This document shows, in pieces, positions 25,678-39,145 of a stretch of DNA of 64,000 nucleotides. Made by a program: the position numbers and the translations under genes. The stretch is from Bugula neritina (Eukaryota; Animalia; Bryozoa), in assembly GCA_964035545.1 (NCBI GenBank), contig OZ037770.1, positions 992,001 through 1,056,000 on the forward strand. The letters are read 5' to 3'. Each line of letters starts with the position of its first letter. The stretch's first letter is position 1. A model generated the notes under the pieces. The model did not search any database. It saw nothing but the letters and a program-made list of their open reading frames with translations, and was not told where the DNA came from.

Positions 25678-27977
25678 CTAAGATTTAAATATTTTTATTT
25701 TATCCTTCAAAAGTGTGAACTTAGCAGGCATGACTTCAAACTTCTCATTGTCCATTAAATAGCATGGGTTCTCTGTCTTTGGTTCCAGGTGTATGCTAGA
25801 CACTAGGAGGGATTCCGAATGCAAGGAACTCAGTCTTTCTGTCAGAAGCTGACTCTTTGAGGTCGGAGGGCTGACTGTGACCTTCAGAGCTGCAGCTAAA
25901 ACACAGTAAAGGTCAAGGTCAACATGAGTCACCAGTGAGCTGTTGGTTGTAAGCAAGGGTGACCGAATCCCCAGCCCAAAGTATGAAGTCTAGGGTGGAA
26001 AGCTCTCATAAAAACTATGGATCTTTGCTTTATAGTTGAAATGTTAGAAGTAAAAGGTGCAAATAAATGTCAACATTAAAACTGTAAGTAGATAAACCAA
26101 CCTTGACATTCAGAGTCCTGCTTAGGAACTGTGGCTATATTAAACTGAGGACTAGATATCTCTTTTCTGTAGGTTTCACCACATTCCGGGTTATTTATCT
26201 GCAAAAAAACCAAAGCATAAGAGAAAACAACTACAAGTGCTACTCTGTGCAATCACTTTGACTACTGACTGACTGACAATGAGCATAGACTTAGAGCCAC
26301 ACCTGTAACCTGGGGTCAGGCTTGGCGGGTGGGGACGCCTTCCTATTGTCTGTGGGCCACCACCAAACAGATTTCTCAGGCTTAGCCTTGACTTCAGTCT
26401 CCTTAGGAGTGTAGCAGTTCCTGCACCCATCACAAGGGGGAGATAACTCTGCTAAAGCTTGCACATCTATTGGCCAATCACTGAACAACACCTGTAAACA
26501 GAGAATGAATTTCTTGACTTTATAACAAAGAGGATCATGGTTGGTTAGGGTTAAAGTTTAAGACTTTTCTGTACTTTTCAAATTTTAGAAGCCCAATCTC
26601 TAATAAAATATTATTGATTGTGAATAGTAGAACAGTGCTATGTCTTCCTGGAAAAGCTATAAAACATAACCCCACTGATTGAATTTCTTAAAGTGAAGTG
26701 TGTTAGGGGTGGGTGTAAAAGCCACCCTACCTTCTTGAGGTAGCAGTAGTACTCCTTCAGTGGACCAGGGAAGTACCAGTACTTAGACTTGAGTCTGTCT
26801 ACATCTGAGTGGACACCCCACTTGAGGTCAGACAATACGTAGACGTTCTTGTTACCCTCCTTAGCACATTCCTCAGACTCGGAGCTAAGTTCCTGTGCAG
26901 ACGGCTCTGTCTGCTGCACTTCTATTACATCAGCTAGAGTATATCTAGAGAAAAGTTAGTGTGTATCAGAGGATATCTACAGAAATTTTAGTGTTTATGA
27001 GAGTATATCTACAGAAAATTCAGTGTGGATCAGACAGAGGATATCTAAAGAAAATTCAATGTGCTATGTAAGAAAGAGACCAATTGAAAGACAGAAAAAA
27101 AATTTCAAAAATAAAAAGTGCAAGTACGCTTTGAGCAGAAAAAGTAAAAATCTTTAAAAATTGAACACTATAAAAGAGATTAGGATGTATAGAAAAGAAA
27201 CACAAAGTAAAACCAGCCTGTTATCACCAAAAAGAACAAACTACTCAGGATAGAAAAGGGGAGACTCACTTGTTAGCTATAATGGCCATCGATGCCTCAC
27301 AATATCGCTCCACCTCGAGTTCACGCATAGGAAATATTCGAGTGGCAAAATTGTTGTTAGATCCAAATGGAAGGACGCCTGCAATAAGACATGTGGCACG
27401 TATACGCAGTGGTGAAAAAATTAAAAAAAATTTAAAAATCTTTTAATGCACTAGTTTTGTTTTTAAATTTTAATATATCAAGATAGATGAGAAAATTGTT
27501 GGAAATATATTGAAAATGCGTACCGATAGGTAAGCGTTGTGCAATTTCATCTCCTCGTCTTAGAAGGCCAGTAACAATTTCAGAAAGTGTGCCATCACCC
27601 CCGGCTACGACTATCGCATCGACAATATTTTTATCCAATACTCCCATATACTCCTTAGCCTGACCCTCATGCTCTGTTCTTACCACGTGAATCTCAATAC
27701 CAGCTAGGTGCAGCAACGGCAAAACATGTTTCTCTAACAAGTATTTAGTTTTCCCGTTTTTAGCGGCTGGGTTGAGGAATACAATAATTTTCCTAGGTCG
27801 CTCACTAGCACTAATGGTTTGTCTGCCGATTTCACGAGCTTTGAGGCAATATTCTCGCATGAGCTGATCTTCCTTGTGCCATTTTATTGCGTATTTAGAG
27901 GCGTATAAGCTACAGGCGGTAAAGAATATAGACTTTTTCCAATGTGTCCTCAATGTGGTGAATACTTTGATTATCAT
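25678..27977 (-). CDS. AGK: Acylglycerol kinase; exons ~27977-27524, 27378-27270, 26944-26731, 26491-26303, 26198-26102, 25895-25678
   Basis: TLRTHWKKSIF, VFLNPAA, LHLAG, VVAGGDGTLSEIVTGLLRR, IG|VLPFGSNN and C-terminal MDNEKFEVMPAKFTLL. Confidence 0.92.
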
Positions 27978-30154
27978 GATTATGGTTTTCTTGTTCTAAT
28001 GTACTGAAGTTGTATTCATCTTTAACATACAATTATTTTATGTTCGTCAAGAAAATATGTTAGAGTAAACCAGTTTGAAGGTTAGAGTTTTGAATATTAA
28101 TTCACTCATTATGAAAGCGTGAATGAACAACTAAACTAAAATTAAAAGATGAAGCAGAGATAAAACTAGATTAAAACAACACTGGAGTAGTACTGAAGTC
28201 GTGATATTGATATTTACATATAAGTTAAACTAATGAATTCCAATAATTATTCATGATAGTGTTGCAAGCAACATTTACTCTTAAATTTGAATAAATGAAA
28301 TTCAAATGATCAATTATTCAATTGTTAACTTAAATGTTAATACACATTATCAGTTTGAGGAAATCTACTCATTTAAAAACTCAAAGTTATCTTCATTTTT
28401 TCAAAAATACTATTTAGCAGTATAATAATCATAGCCACTAAAAGTGAAAAGTAATACATATACTAATAGTAATAAACAAGTAATAGAGCAATACTTATGC
28501 TTATAGCTATACTAAATCTAATAGCAATACTAATAGTAATTTAAATATTATTTTTATACAATTATTACCAGTGTGATTCTTTATGATTCTCATATAATTA
28601 TTTATTAATTGGTATTAATATTAATTAGCATTACTAACACTCGTAGTCATACTCATAGGACATAAACTTAGTGTGATATAAACAGCTCCATCACAGTAAC
28701 TTATATAATAAGCTATTAGTTATCAAGTTCTTAGTTAAGTTCATTTGTTTTCATTTTGATTTTTACAAATCTTAATTTAATCACAGTTTCAGATTAAAAT
28801 TGTCCTGGGTATGAATTAGAATATCAATAACTACGAGTGGTAATCATTATAACTTATGATAAAGACTTGTTATTGTAGATTGCGTCTTAGTTCTTACAGT
28901 TACATTCACTCTTAGTCCAACACTTTACAGGAGCAGTTACTAATACTGACTTATTCTAAGTCTTAATGTTACTTCTAATTTCAATACCCATACTCATATC
29001 GTAATTTAATAATATATTAAACGTAATAATATTATTTATAATATTAAGAGTAATACTGATACTAAGAGTTAAACTTATGGACCATAGTTATACTTATGCT
29101 TATAGTTAGTTAGTTATTAGTTATACTTGTACTTGAAGTACTTTCTGAATACTAATACTAATAGTAATACTTCAATAGTAATAGTAATACGGCGTTTGAA
29201 TGAGACTTTAATAGGAGGTAGGAGGTATTGAAAATATTATTCATTTTATTGGAGGTAGGTGCAGTAAAGTAAGTCGAATCAATGAAACTTAGAGTAAAAT
29301 CAAAGTCTAAAACTAAAAGTTGGAGTAAATCACTAAACTTTAATTAGATTTAGTGACTAAAAGTTAAATAAGAACTAAAAGTAAAAGTAAAAAGTAAATC
29401 AAAATTGAAAATGCACACATGATAATACATTAATATCATAGATGATTTAATCATTAATCATTTAATGTAGCCTAATCGTAATGTGTAAATGTAATGCTAA
29501 TACTAATAGTAATAGTAATAATACTAATAGTATTACTGTAATAGCAATCTAATAGTAACACTTATAGTATTAGTATTAGTATTACTATTACGCCATTACG
29601 GTATTACTATCAGTAATAGTAATAGTAATACTAATAGTAATAGTAAAGTGGTAATCATTTATTCAAAATTATTGATCATTACGTTTACACGCTGTCAATA
29701 CACTCTGCACCTTTTTGTGCTTGTAGTTTAATTTCATTACTAAAGGTAATACTACAGCTACGAGATTAGGCTATTAACTCTAAGTACTGTGAAAGCAACA
29801 AGAGACCATTAATTTTAAAGTTAATACAAATCTAATGAAATTATCTGGTTGTATTATATTATATTGTAGCGAAGCTCTTTGGATTTGACGGCATGAAACC
29901 TTCGACGCACTTGTCAAGGTCAGTCATAGTTCTATGTGATTGGACCGCACACCAAAAGTATGTCCAATTATGTATGACCTGCTAGGATAAAAAATTCGCG
30001 GACTGAGGAAATTTTATTATCAAATATTTAGTTTATCATTGCATGCGTCGACTCTTTCATCTGCTTTGTGGACTGCTCAGAGTTATAAATTAAGAATAAT
30101 AATATCTTGTAAACTAGATTTATTAATATTAAATTGTATCACTTTGATCCAAAG

Positions 30155-33100
30155 ATGAGTGGTTACTCAACACCTTCCAGTTCACCAAATAACCATAATG
30201 GTATGTTTATACCTCTAACAAACTCAAAGTACCTCGGAGACTCAGCTTTGCCTTTAGCGTTTGCTCTTTAGCATTTTCGCGGTCTTTTGTTTTTGGGGAG
30301 TACATAAAACAACCTCAATAAATCTGGAGCGCGCGCTATGGCGCACCTATAATAATGCGGGCACGCCTGAACCTGAATAAATCGATAATCATTTGAACAA
30401 TTATTATTCTCAGTGTTTCGTAGGACGTTGCCTCGGCAACTAAGGCTACAGTTTGAGTTTGGAGAATTATATAACTATTATACTATTAATACTAATAGCC
30501 TTACTTGTTATTGTTAATGTTATAATATTAATTATAATATTAATATAATTATTACTGAAACTGAAATATTATTAACTACTACTAGTACTAGTAATACTTA
30601 TACTAATAGTAATAGTAATACTAACAGTAACTGTAAGTAGCAGTACTCGATCTCACTCAATCTCATACTTATACTTATAGAAATACTAATACTATTAGTA
30701 TTAGTGATACTGATAATATTAGCACTATAGTAAGTGTAACACTAAATATAAATGTAGCCTAATATTAATAGTAATACTAATAGTAATACTATTTAGTATT
30801 TAGATTTAGTCTTACTTTAGGTATAAGTATATTACTAATATTATTACTATTAGCATTATTATTTCTCTAAGTATGAGATTGAGTGAGTGAAACTGAGTAC
30901 TACTAGTACTAATTACAGTTACTGTTAGCATTCTTAGTATTTAATTATCATACTCATAGTGATTACAATGATAATTACTAAATTAGGTCGAAGAGTTAGA
31001 GCAAACCAAATTCTTCCGATTTGCAATGGCCAAGCTACTTTTCTTAAAATTTTATTCAAATTTAATAAAGAAATATTAGAAATAAAGCATAGCTGAAAGT
31101 AAGCTAGTAATCATAGATTCATGATTTTTTTGAATTATATTTTTCATGGCTCAATAATAGTTGTCCAAACTATATAAAAAATATATAACTTTCATTTATC
31201 AGTTCAGCCTAGGTTTTACTGTTTGTTCTTCATTACAGTGCTAATATAATTCAAATTTTTTTTCCGAAAAACATCGCAGGTTTAATTTGAGACCGGTTTT
31301 CTAAGAATTGCCTAAAGCAACCTTTATGCACCGCTGCCTAAGATGCGTGCTGTATGCTCAAACAACGTTTAGAGTTAGACTCCCGACAGTTCATAGGTGG
31401 AACCCATGGCGTCAACTGAACCTGTACGTTAGATATAGTGGTAGGTATGTCCGTGAAAGGTTCCCTAAAGCTACTAACTCACTCTACCACTTCACCTGGT
31501 TGCGAAATTTTCAAATTGAAACTTCCTGCTTTAGCTAAAACTTGTGTTGAAAGATCCTCAATATTGTTTTATAGTCATTGCAGCTATTATGAAATTCTGT
31601 TTTGCATGCATAAAAGCTTTTAAAAGATTTCAAGTTCAGTTGTTCTCCTAGTAATTATTTACTGCTTGAAAAATGTCGACGTGTACAAGTGGAGATTAAA
31701 AAATTGCCAGAGGTTGAATTTTTGCAAACTCCTCTGTACTGCTGAATAAAAATAAAATTAATATATTTAATATTTTTTTCCTGGTTGAACATTATTTGAT
31801 AATGAATTTGGTTATTGTTAATCTCTTCTTTGTTGGTTTCCAGGCTTCAGATGTTCTAGAGATTCCGGTTTTCTTTCCAGTAGCAGCAGTTCTGTAGATT
31901 TGGAAAGTGAGAAATTTACAGTAAGTTACCCGAAATATAGTAAGCAGCATGTGTTTGGTAGGTTACAGTCGATTTTTTGAATGTAGCGTAAGTAGCAGGG
32001 CGCATAGCGAGTTAACGTAAATACAGTAGATACAGTCAGTACAAATGTGGTACAACTCACCTGGTTACCCATTTGTACCGATACTGCAGTGGTGTCCCCT
32101 CTCTCACTCATATATACTCTGTCTTCAAGGTATTCCCTTATGTTTTGATGAAATTATTAAATAAATATTTTTCAATTTAACTTTGACTCAGCCTGACATA
32201 TCCCACATGGTTAGTCTGTCTAAATCCCCCTCCCCGATGTTTGCACGAGTGTTGATTCAAAGCTCTGTTTCTTATAATCTAATTACTAGGTTTGTCTACC
32301 TGTTGCCATGACAACTGTTGCTAGGTTCCTATATGTCACCTGTAGGTAGTGGTGGAAGGTAACATCGGAGTAGGGAAGAGCACCTTCCTAGAGCACCTGC
32401 AGCACAGCACCTCAGACGTGGAGATCTACCCTGAACCTGTCGCTCTATGGAAGGACATCAAAGGACACAACGCTCTGGTCTGACTCTTCTACTTCTTTTA
32501 TAGGCCAAGAGATATATTTTGGGAATTATATGCTTTTTCCTATCTGAGTTTATACAATTATGTTCGCAGAAAGGAAATATTATGGTGGATTCATTATTTT
32601 GAATTTCATTACAGTTTGCGTATTTAAATTGTTGCATCATAATTTCACTGCCCAAACTTTCTCAACATCTTTTTAAGGTGTTTCATTTTTTATTCATAGT
32701 CAATTATTAGACAACTAAACACATTTGAAGACGAGGAAGAAAATGCATTCAGTTTTCAAGCTAGTAGTCCGAGTGATGGTTCTAGTCTGAGAAACGAGAT
32801 TATATCTATCATCTGCCTCAATTCTCCCTTTAATTTAAGTTACGAGTGTAAAACTTTGGACTAGTTTATAAGCATGGAGTGGAGATTGTATTGGTATGCC
32901 ACCCAGAAGTATTGGCAGGCAGCCAATCATTAAAGCTTTCAAGCTTCAAAAGCTTTCACCAAAGCTACTATTAGCTGGCAGAGCTAGTTCATTCACTGTA
33001 CTGCATGAGTCAGTGTATCATGATCAAACCGCCATATTTACACTCTTTGTATGAATAAACTATCGGTTTCGGTATTGTGATGGCTAAGATTTTTATCCAC

Positions 33101-36100
33101 GCATCAATATTGGTACGATTTGACAGTTAATAAACTCGAAAACCTGTTGCCAAGTTGGCTAGTAGTTAAAGCATATCTTGCAACCAGACACAAACACAAA
33201 CCGATACAGTACCAATATTGTTGAGGCTGACATGGACCGACAGGACATAGTTAATCTCAAGAAGCAACGTACTACTCTGAGGTCTAAGGTAACAATGCTA
33301 ACTAATCTCATAGAATCAGCAATCTCTAGTAGCAACTCTACACAAGTGGAATGCCTGCGATCTCAGCTTGAATCTACATATCAAGAGTTTCTAACTATCC
33401 ATTATGACTTTTTGGAATACGTTTCATCAGATGAGTCTATGGAAGACATTGCTTATGTTAATAAGATGAGTCCAGTAGAGTACTATCAAGCTGTAAAGGC
33501 TAGTTATGACAAAGCCATTTCTGACTGTAATACTTGGCATAGCAAATTCTATAAGATCAAGCACAGCCTTATTTTAGCAATTAGGAAAGCCAATGGATTA
33601 GTTACTGATTGTACTGACAATACTCTTATCACTGAACATCATAGGAAATGTGTAGCTCTTTCAGAAAGTTTGGCAGATACCATAGGTTTTTCTGATTTAT
33701 TATTAGAACTAGATGAAGTTATTTTATCTTTAGATTATTGTATGTCTAAGTTTACTCTTATGTCAAGGGCTCAGTCACAGAGCATGAATTTCAAACACCA
33801 TGAATCTGATCCGTCCGTGGTCCGGTCCGGTCTCGCGGAGAGCGGTATGGGTGGGGGTTCACCTCCAGACGGCGCGAGTCATGCATCGACTATGGTCGCG
33901 TCGAGTCGGTTGTTTCCTCCTAGATCACAGCCTAGCACACATGAGGCTACTCTTGCACCAAATCCAGGTATCACAGCAAGCGGTAGTGATAGGCAGGTAC
34001 TATGGGAAGATCACACATCCGGTGAAGCTTTGGCATCAAATCCAGGTGTCATAGCAAGTACCAATGTCAGAGATGTTCGTTCTTCTACGTTCTCAGTACG
34101 TGATCTACATGGTAGTCCTGATCGTGCAGCTCATTCGGAATCCTTGATTCGCGGCGCAACTTCCTCGGTTGTCTATGCATATGATAGCTACCCTAATGGA
34201 ACTAGTCAAATAAGTTATGACTCTAGACATACAGGTGGAAATAATTTCAATTCATCTATACATAAAACTCATTCACAACCCAAGCCATTTAACGGCACTA
34301 GATACCATTGGCCGGAATTTAGGTCAGTGTGGCTAAGGTATGCCACTATGTTTTACGATGATGTCGATAGGGCTTGTGAATTAAAAAAATTTCTCACAGG
34401 CGAAGCTCTGGAGATGGTTCAGCCAATCTTCGCAACTCAGCCTCAAGCTTACGAGAGAATGATGTGTAGATTAGAAGAGGTCTACAATGATCCTAGCATG
34501 AGTGTGCAAGCAGTCTTCAACAATCTACAAGAACTAAAGCCAGTAAGGGAAGGAAATGCACGAGAACTCGTCAAAATGGCCAATGCAGTGGAAAGTTCGT
34601 ACAGCCAACTCGGTGAAGTGGGACTTTTGCAAACTGTTACGCTGCCACAGGTCGATACTCTTGCAAACCTATTACCTACAAGCATTAGACGGGACTGGGA
34701 TAAACACTTTCACATGCTTACTCACGAGGAGAGAATCAAGCCATTCCCACACCTCATGAGGTTTCTAGAGCAGGAACGGCAGATAGCCCTCAGACGCATA
34801 GAAACCGTAAACCCGCAGTCCTCCAGTATGCATAAACAGAAGGTGAAAATGTTCCACACTGAAAGCAGTGGCCCAAAGTCTAGTAGTAACAGGTCTACTA
34901 ATAATAGCAAAATCATTGATAGTGAGAATTACTGTTTTATTCATCGCAGTGAGCGTCATTGTCTTGTTGAGTGCAGAAATTTCTTGGCGTTGTCTGTAGA
35001 TGAAAGATACAAGTTAATAAAAACTAATTCTCTATGTGCTAGGTGCTTGGGTGCCCATGAGCCTAAGCGCTGTCCAAATTTCCGAACCCCTTGTCCAGTC
35101 TGTGATAAAACAACCCACCATGTATTATTGTGCATCAAATCAGCTGAAACTAATACACATACCAATTGTAATACCAACAAGAATAAACTAAAAGCTGATC
35201 AAATTCAGCACAAGAGTAACGAGAATTCTGAAGCGTCTGCTGTTAGCACCACGGTCCGTGTGTCTCCAAATCATGGAGCTCACAATCATCCAGGAAATGC
35301 TACAGTATTTGCCATTCAGCAGGCCCAAGTAGTGGGTACAACTCATACAGCTATTATATTCTTTGACGGCGGATCCAATGCTTCATTCATATCGGAGAGA
35401 GCTGCTAAAGCGTGGGGTGCGCGACGGATAGATAAGGTGAATTTGGAAATGAACACACTTGGTGAACATGAAGTTAGCGAAACTTCTACTATTTATGAAG
35501 TAAAGCTACAAACTCCAAAGGGAAGGACCTTTGCGATTTTAGCTTACAGCCTTCGGAAACTCACAGGGGCTATCAACAGGCCACTTGATGCAAACATCCT
35601 CGGATCTCTGTTCCCAAAAGTAGACACTAGCAAGCTATTGAAGAAGACGGGACCTATCGACCTGCTAATTGGTAACGATCTTCTTGGATTGCATCCAAAA
35701 CACCAAGTTGATCAAGCAGGACCGCACCTCTATGTATATTCCGGACCCTTTGGACTGTGTGTGCAGGGATCACACCCTGCCCTTAGCAACTTTTTTACTC
35801 TTCCATCCTCATCTTTCCATGTACAGGCTACCATGACGCATGAGAAGTTAGAGGAAGTTGAATCTTCTCAAAGCATTCACGACATGCTCAACAGTTGTGA
35901 TTTAGACTTGTCTACAGTTTCTTCGCCGGCCTACAGTGTCAATAGTCCCGCCGCATCTCCCAGTCAGTTCGCAAAGTCATTTTCAAGACCTCAGGCTATT
36001 ATAGATTGTGGTGAATGTTGTATGATTGAGTTAGCTGATGACTCAGACCCGTTACAGAGCCCGGGAGACCCAGTCACTGAGTCTGCAGAACAAACCGGTT

Positions 36101-38995
36101 CTGGACAGTTGAACAGATCTTTAGAAGTCAATGACTCTACATCCCTGTCTATAGAGATTGAAAGAAAGTATGAATTTACTAGCAGTACCTCTATCACACA
36201 ACTCACGTCTGTTTCAGCCAATGAGAGGACAGAATCTAAAGTGACTGCTAAAGGGGTGAACAAAGCTACAGCTAAATGTCGTATAGGACCCATAAAACAA
36301 CAACTCAAGATTCCTCAACTAGATCTTAATGCGGTCGTATTGTCAAAGAGAGGCAGACGAGTTATTGAGACTGAAATGCGCTATGAGTTTGAGAAAGTTT
36401 ATCAGCTTATAGATTCTGAAACGGTGCTCAAGATGCTCCAAAAGAAGTCAACGAGGTTTCATGTGTACGAGGGTGTACGCATCGGAGAAATTCAGGGAGC
36501 AACCAATGGGGATATGAGCTGCTGGCACTGGGTAAGTGGCAAGGAAAACACAGCAGATTGGCTTACAAGAGGGAAGCCTGTCAATGACATTGGACCTGCG
36601 AGTGAATGGTGGAGAGGCCCAAATTTTCTCTATCTGCCAGAGAATCAATGGGATATAAAATCGCCATCTGACTCTAATGAGCTTGTCTTTGGAGAGAAGA
36701 AAATAGTTTACACCGCCACTACATCAACAGAAGTCCAATCATTTATTAAATATGAAAATTTCAGCAGTCTCAAGAGTCTAACCTGGACAATAGCTCGAGT
36801 TCGCAACATCTTCAAGTACAAAAGTTTTAAGGGAATCAAACCTGATCTCGTCACCGTGGCAGATCTACGGCAGACCAAACTCTACTTACTGAAGCAGGTG
36901 CAACGCACTATAGATTCTGAGTTGAACAAGATTAAAGGGAAATATACAAGACTTCACCCCATTAAGACTGAGAGTGGAGTATGGATAGTAGGCAGTAGAC
37001 TCCTAAGGCATAACCCCATGACAGCGATTAAAACGCACACGCAATCAATCCTTCTCACCACTCACTACTTTACCTACTTGGCAATGCGGCAGGCACATAC
37101 AGACAGCTATCACCGTGGCCGAGATGCAACACTCGCAAGATTCCGAGAAGAGTTTTGGACTATGCAGGGATCTAAGGTTGCTAGGGGCATAGTAACATCA
37201 TGCCAAATGTGTCGACTCAAACAACCTCGCTTCACTGATCAACTGATGGGAAGTGTACCTACAGAACGACTAACGACCGAACCGCCGTTCAACAATGTAA
37301 TGATAGATCTTTTTGGTCCGTATATTGTGAGAGGAGAAAAACAGACTAGAACTTCGAGCAAAGCTTATGAAGTAATATTCACAGACATCAGTTCACGAGC
37401 AGCACACATCGAAGCAGTTCTCGGATATGACAATGATTCTTTCCTGTTGGCATTAACTCGATTCGTCAACATTCGTGGCTGGCCATCCAAGATTTATTCT
37501 GATCCTGGAACACAGTTAGCTGGAGCAGAAAAAGAACTCAAAGATATGTGGAGACGCATGGACAAAGGTTCCATCAAGAAAACCAGTGCAAAAAATGGGT
37601 TGCAATGGGAATTTGGACCTGGTGACAGCCCCTGGTATCAGGGCGCTGCTGAATCACTCATAAAGGCTGTCAAGAGATGTTTCACATTTTCAATGAGCAA
37701 CCGCCGGCTTTCACCTACAGAATTTCTCACAATCTGCACTGAAGCTGCAAACACACTAAATGAAAGGCCATTGGGATTACTGCCAGATTCAGACTCTGAG
37801 ATCAACATATTAACACCTAACTGTCAACTTATTGGACGACCCTTCATCAAGAATCCTGGCAACTGGAATGCAGACTACTCCTTAAGGGGGCGACTGGCTC
37901 TGGTAAATACAGTCTCAGATGACTTCTGGCGGAAGTGGACCGAATTGTATGCACCCGCACTGATTCATCACCAAAAATGGCATACTCCAAGACGAAACTT
38001 TCAGGTGGGAGATGTTGTAGTTGTTATGGACCCAAATCAGCTGCGTAATCAGTATAAACTAGCTCGAGTACATCAAGTATATCCGAGCAAGGATGGCGTA
38101 GTAAGGAAAGTAGCCCTTTTCTACAAAAACTATAAGGTAGCAGGGAAACTGAGGGACTATGTAGGCTGTAAAGACACTATCATAACCCGCAGCGTGCATA
38201 GGTTGGTTTTACTAACTGAAGTGAACCCATAAATGACTGATCTACCTTCTTGGCCGCGTGTACGCTCGTGTCGCTGGAGGGGTTTGCATTCAACCGTTTT
38301 TCGGGGGACGGGCTGGTGCGCGGAGGGGTCAGCGAATTGGTGCAAGAATTTCATGGTCTGTGACTGATCCTATTTTGTTTTGTTTGTTTTGTTTGTTTTG
38401 ATTTACATAATTTATCAATATTTGTCAGAATAGTATCTGCCAAACAATTCGACCCCACCGATGTATTGGTATGCCACCCAGAAGTATTGGCAGGCAGCCA
38501 ATCATTAAAGCTTTCAAGCTTCAAAAGCTTTCACCAAAGCTACTATTAGCTGGCAGAGCTAGTTCATTCACTGTACTGCATGAGTCAGTGTATCATGATC
38601 AAACCGCCATATTTACACTCTTTGTATGAATAAACTATCGGTTTCGGTATTGTGATGGCTAAGATTTTTATCCACGCATCAATATTGGTACGATTTGACA
38701 GTTAATAAACTCGAAAACCTGTTGCCAAGTTGGCTAGTAGTTAAAGCATATCTTGCAACCAGACACAAACACAAACCGATACAGAGATAGAGGAAGTAGT
38801 TATCAAAGGTACTTCACTGTTAACAGGAAATGATGTATAAAGACCCGGAGAGGTGGAGCTTAGCTTTTCAGTCGTATGTACAGTTGACCATGCTGGATAA
38901 TCACAATGCTAAACAGGTGATGCTACTAGCAGTAGCAGTAGTAGTAGTACTAGTAGTAGTAGTAGTACTAGTACTAGTAGTAGTAGTAGTAGTAA

Positions 38996-39067
<72 letters not shown>

Positions 39068-39088
39068 CAGTACTAGTAGTAGTAGTAA

Positions 39089-39145
<57 letters not shown>

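Noticed and set aside
24820-25678. AGK-UFSP1 as an operon or trans-spliced pair
   Set aside because: The ~860-bp gap can hold a 3'UTR and a promoter, and nothing in the sequence shows polycistronic transcription.
28400-31000. TAA/TAG-rich tracts between AGK and TK2 as a structured element
   Set aside because: Degenerate low-complexity (AGTAAT/ACTAAT)-type sequence with no defined unit or termini.
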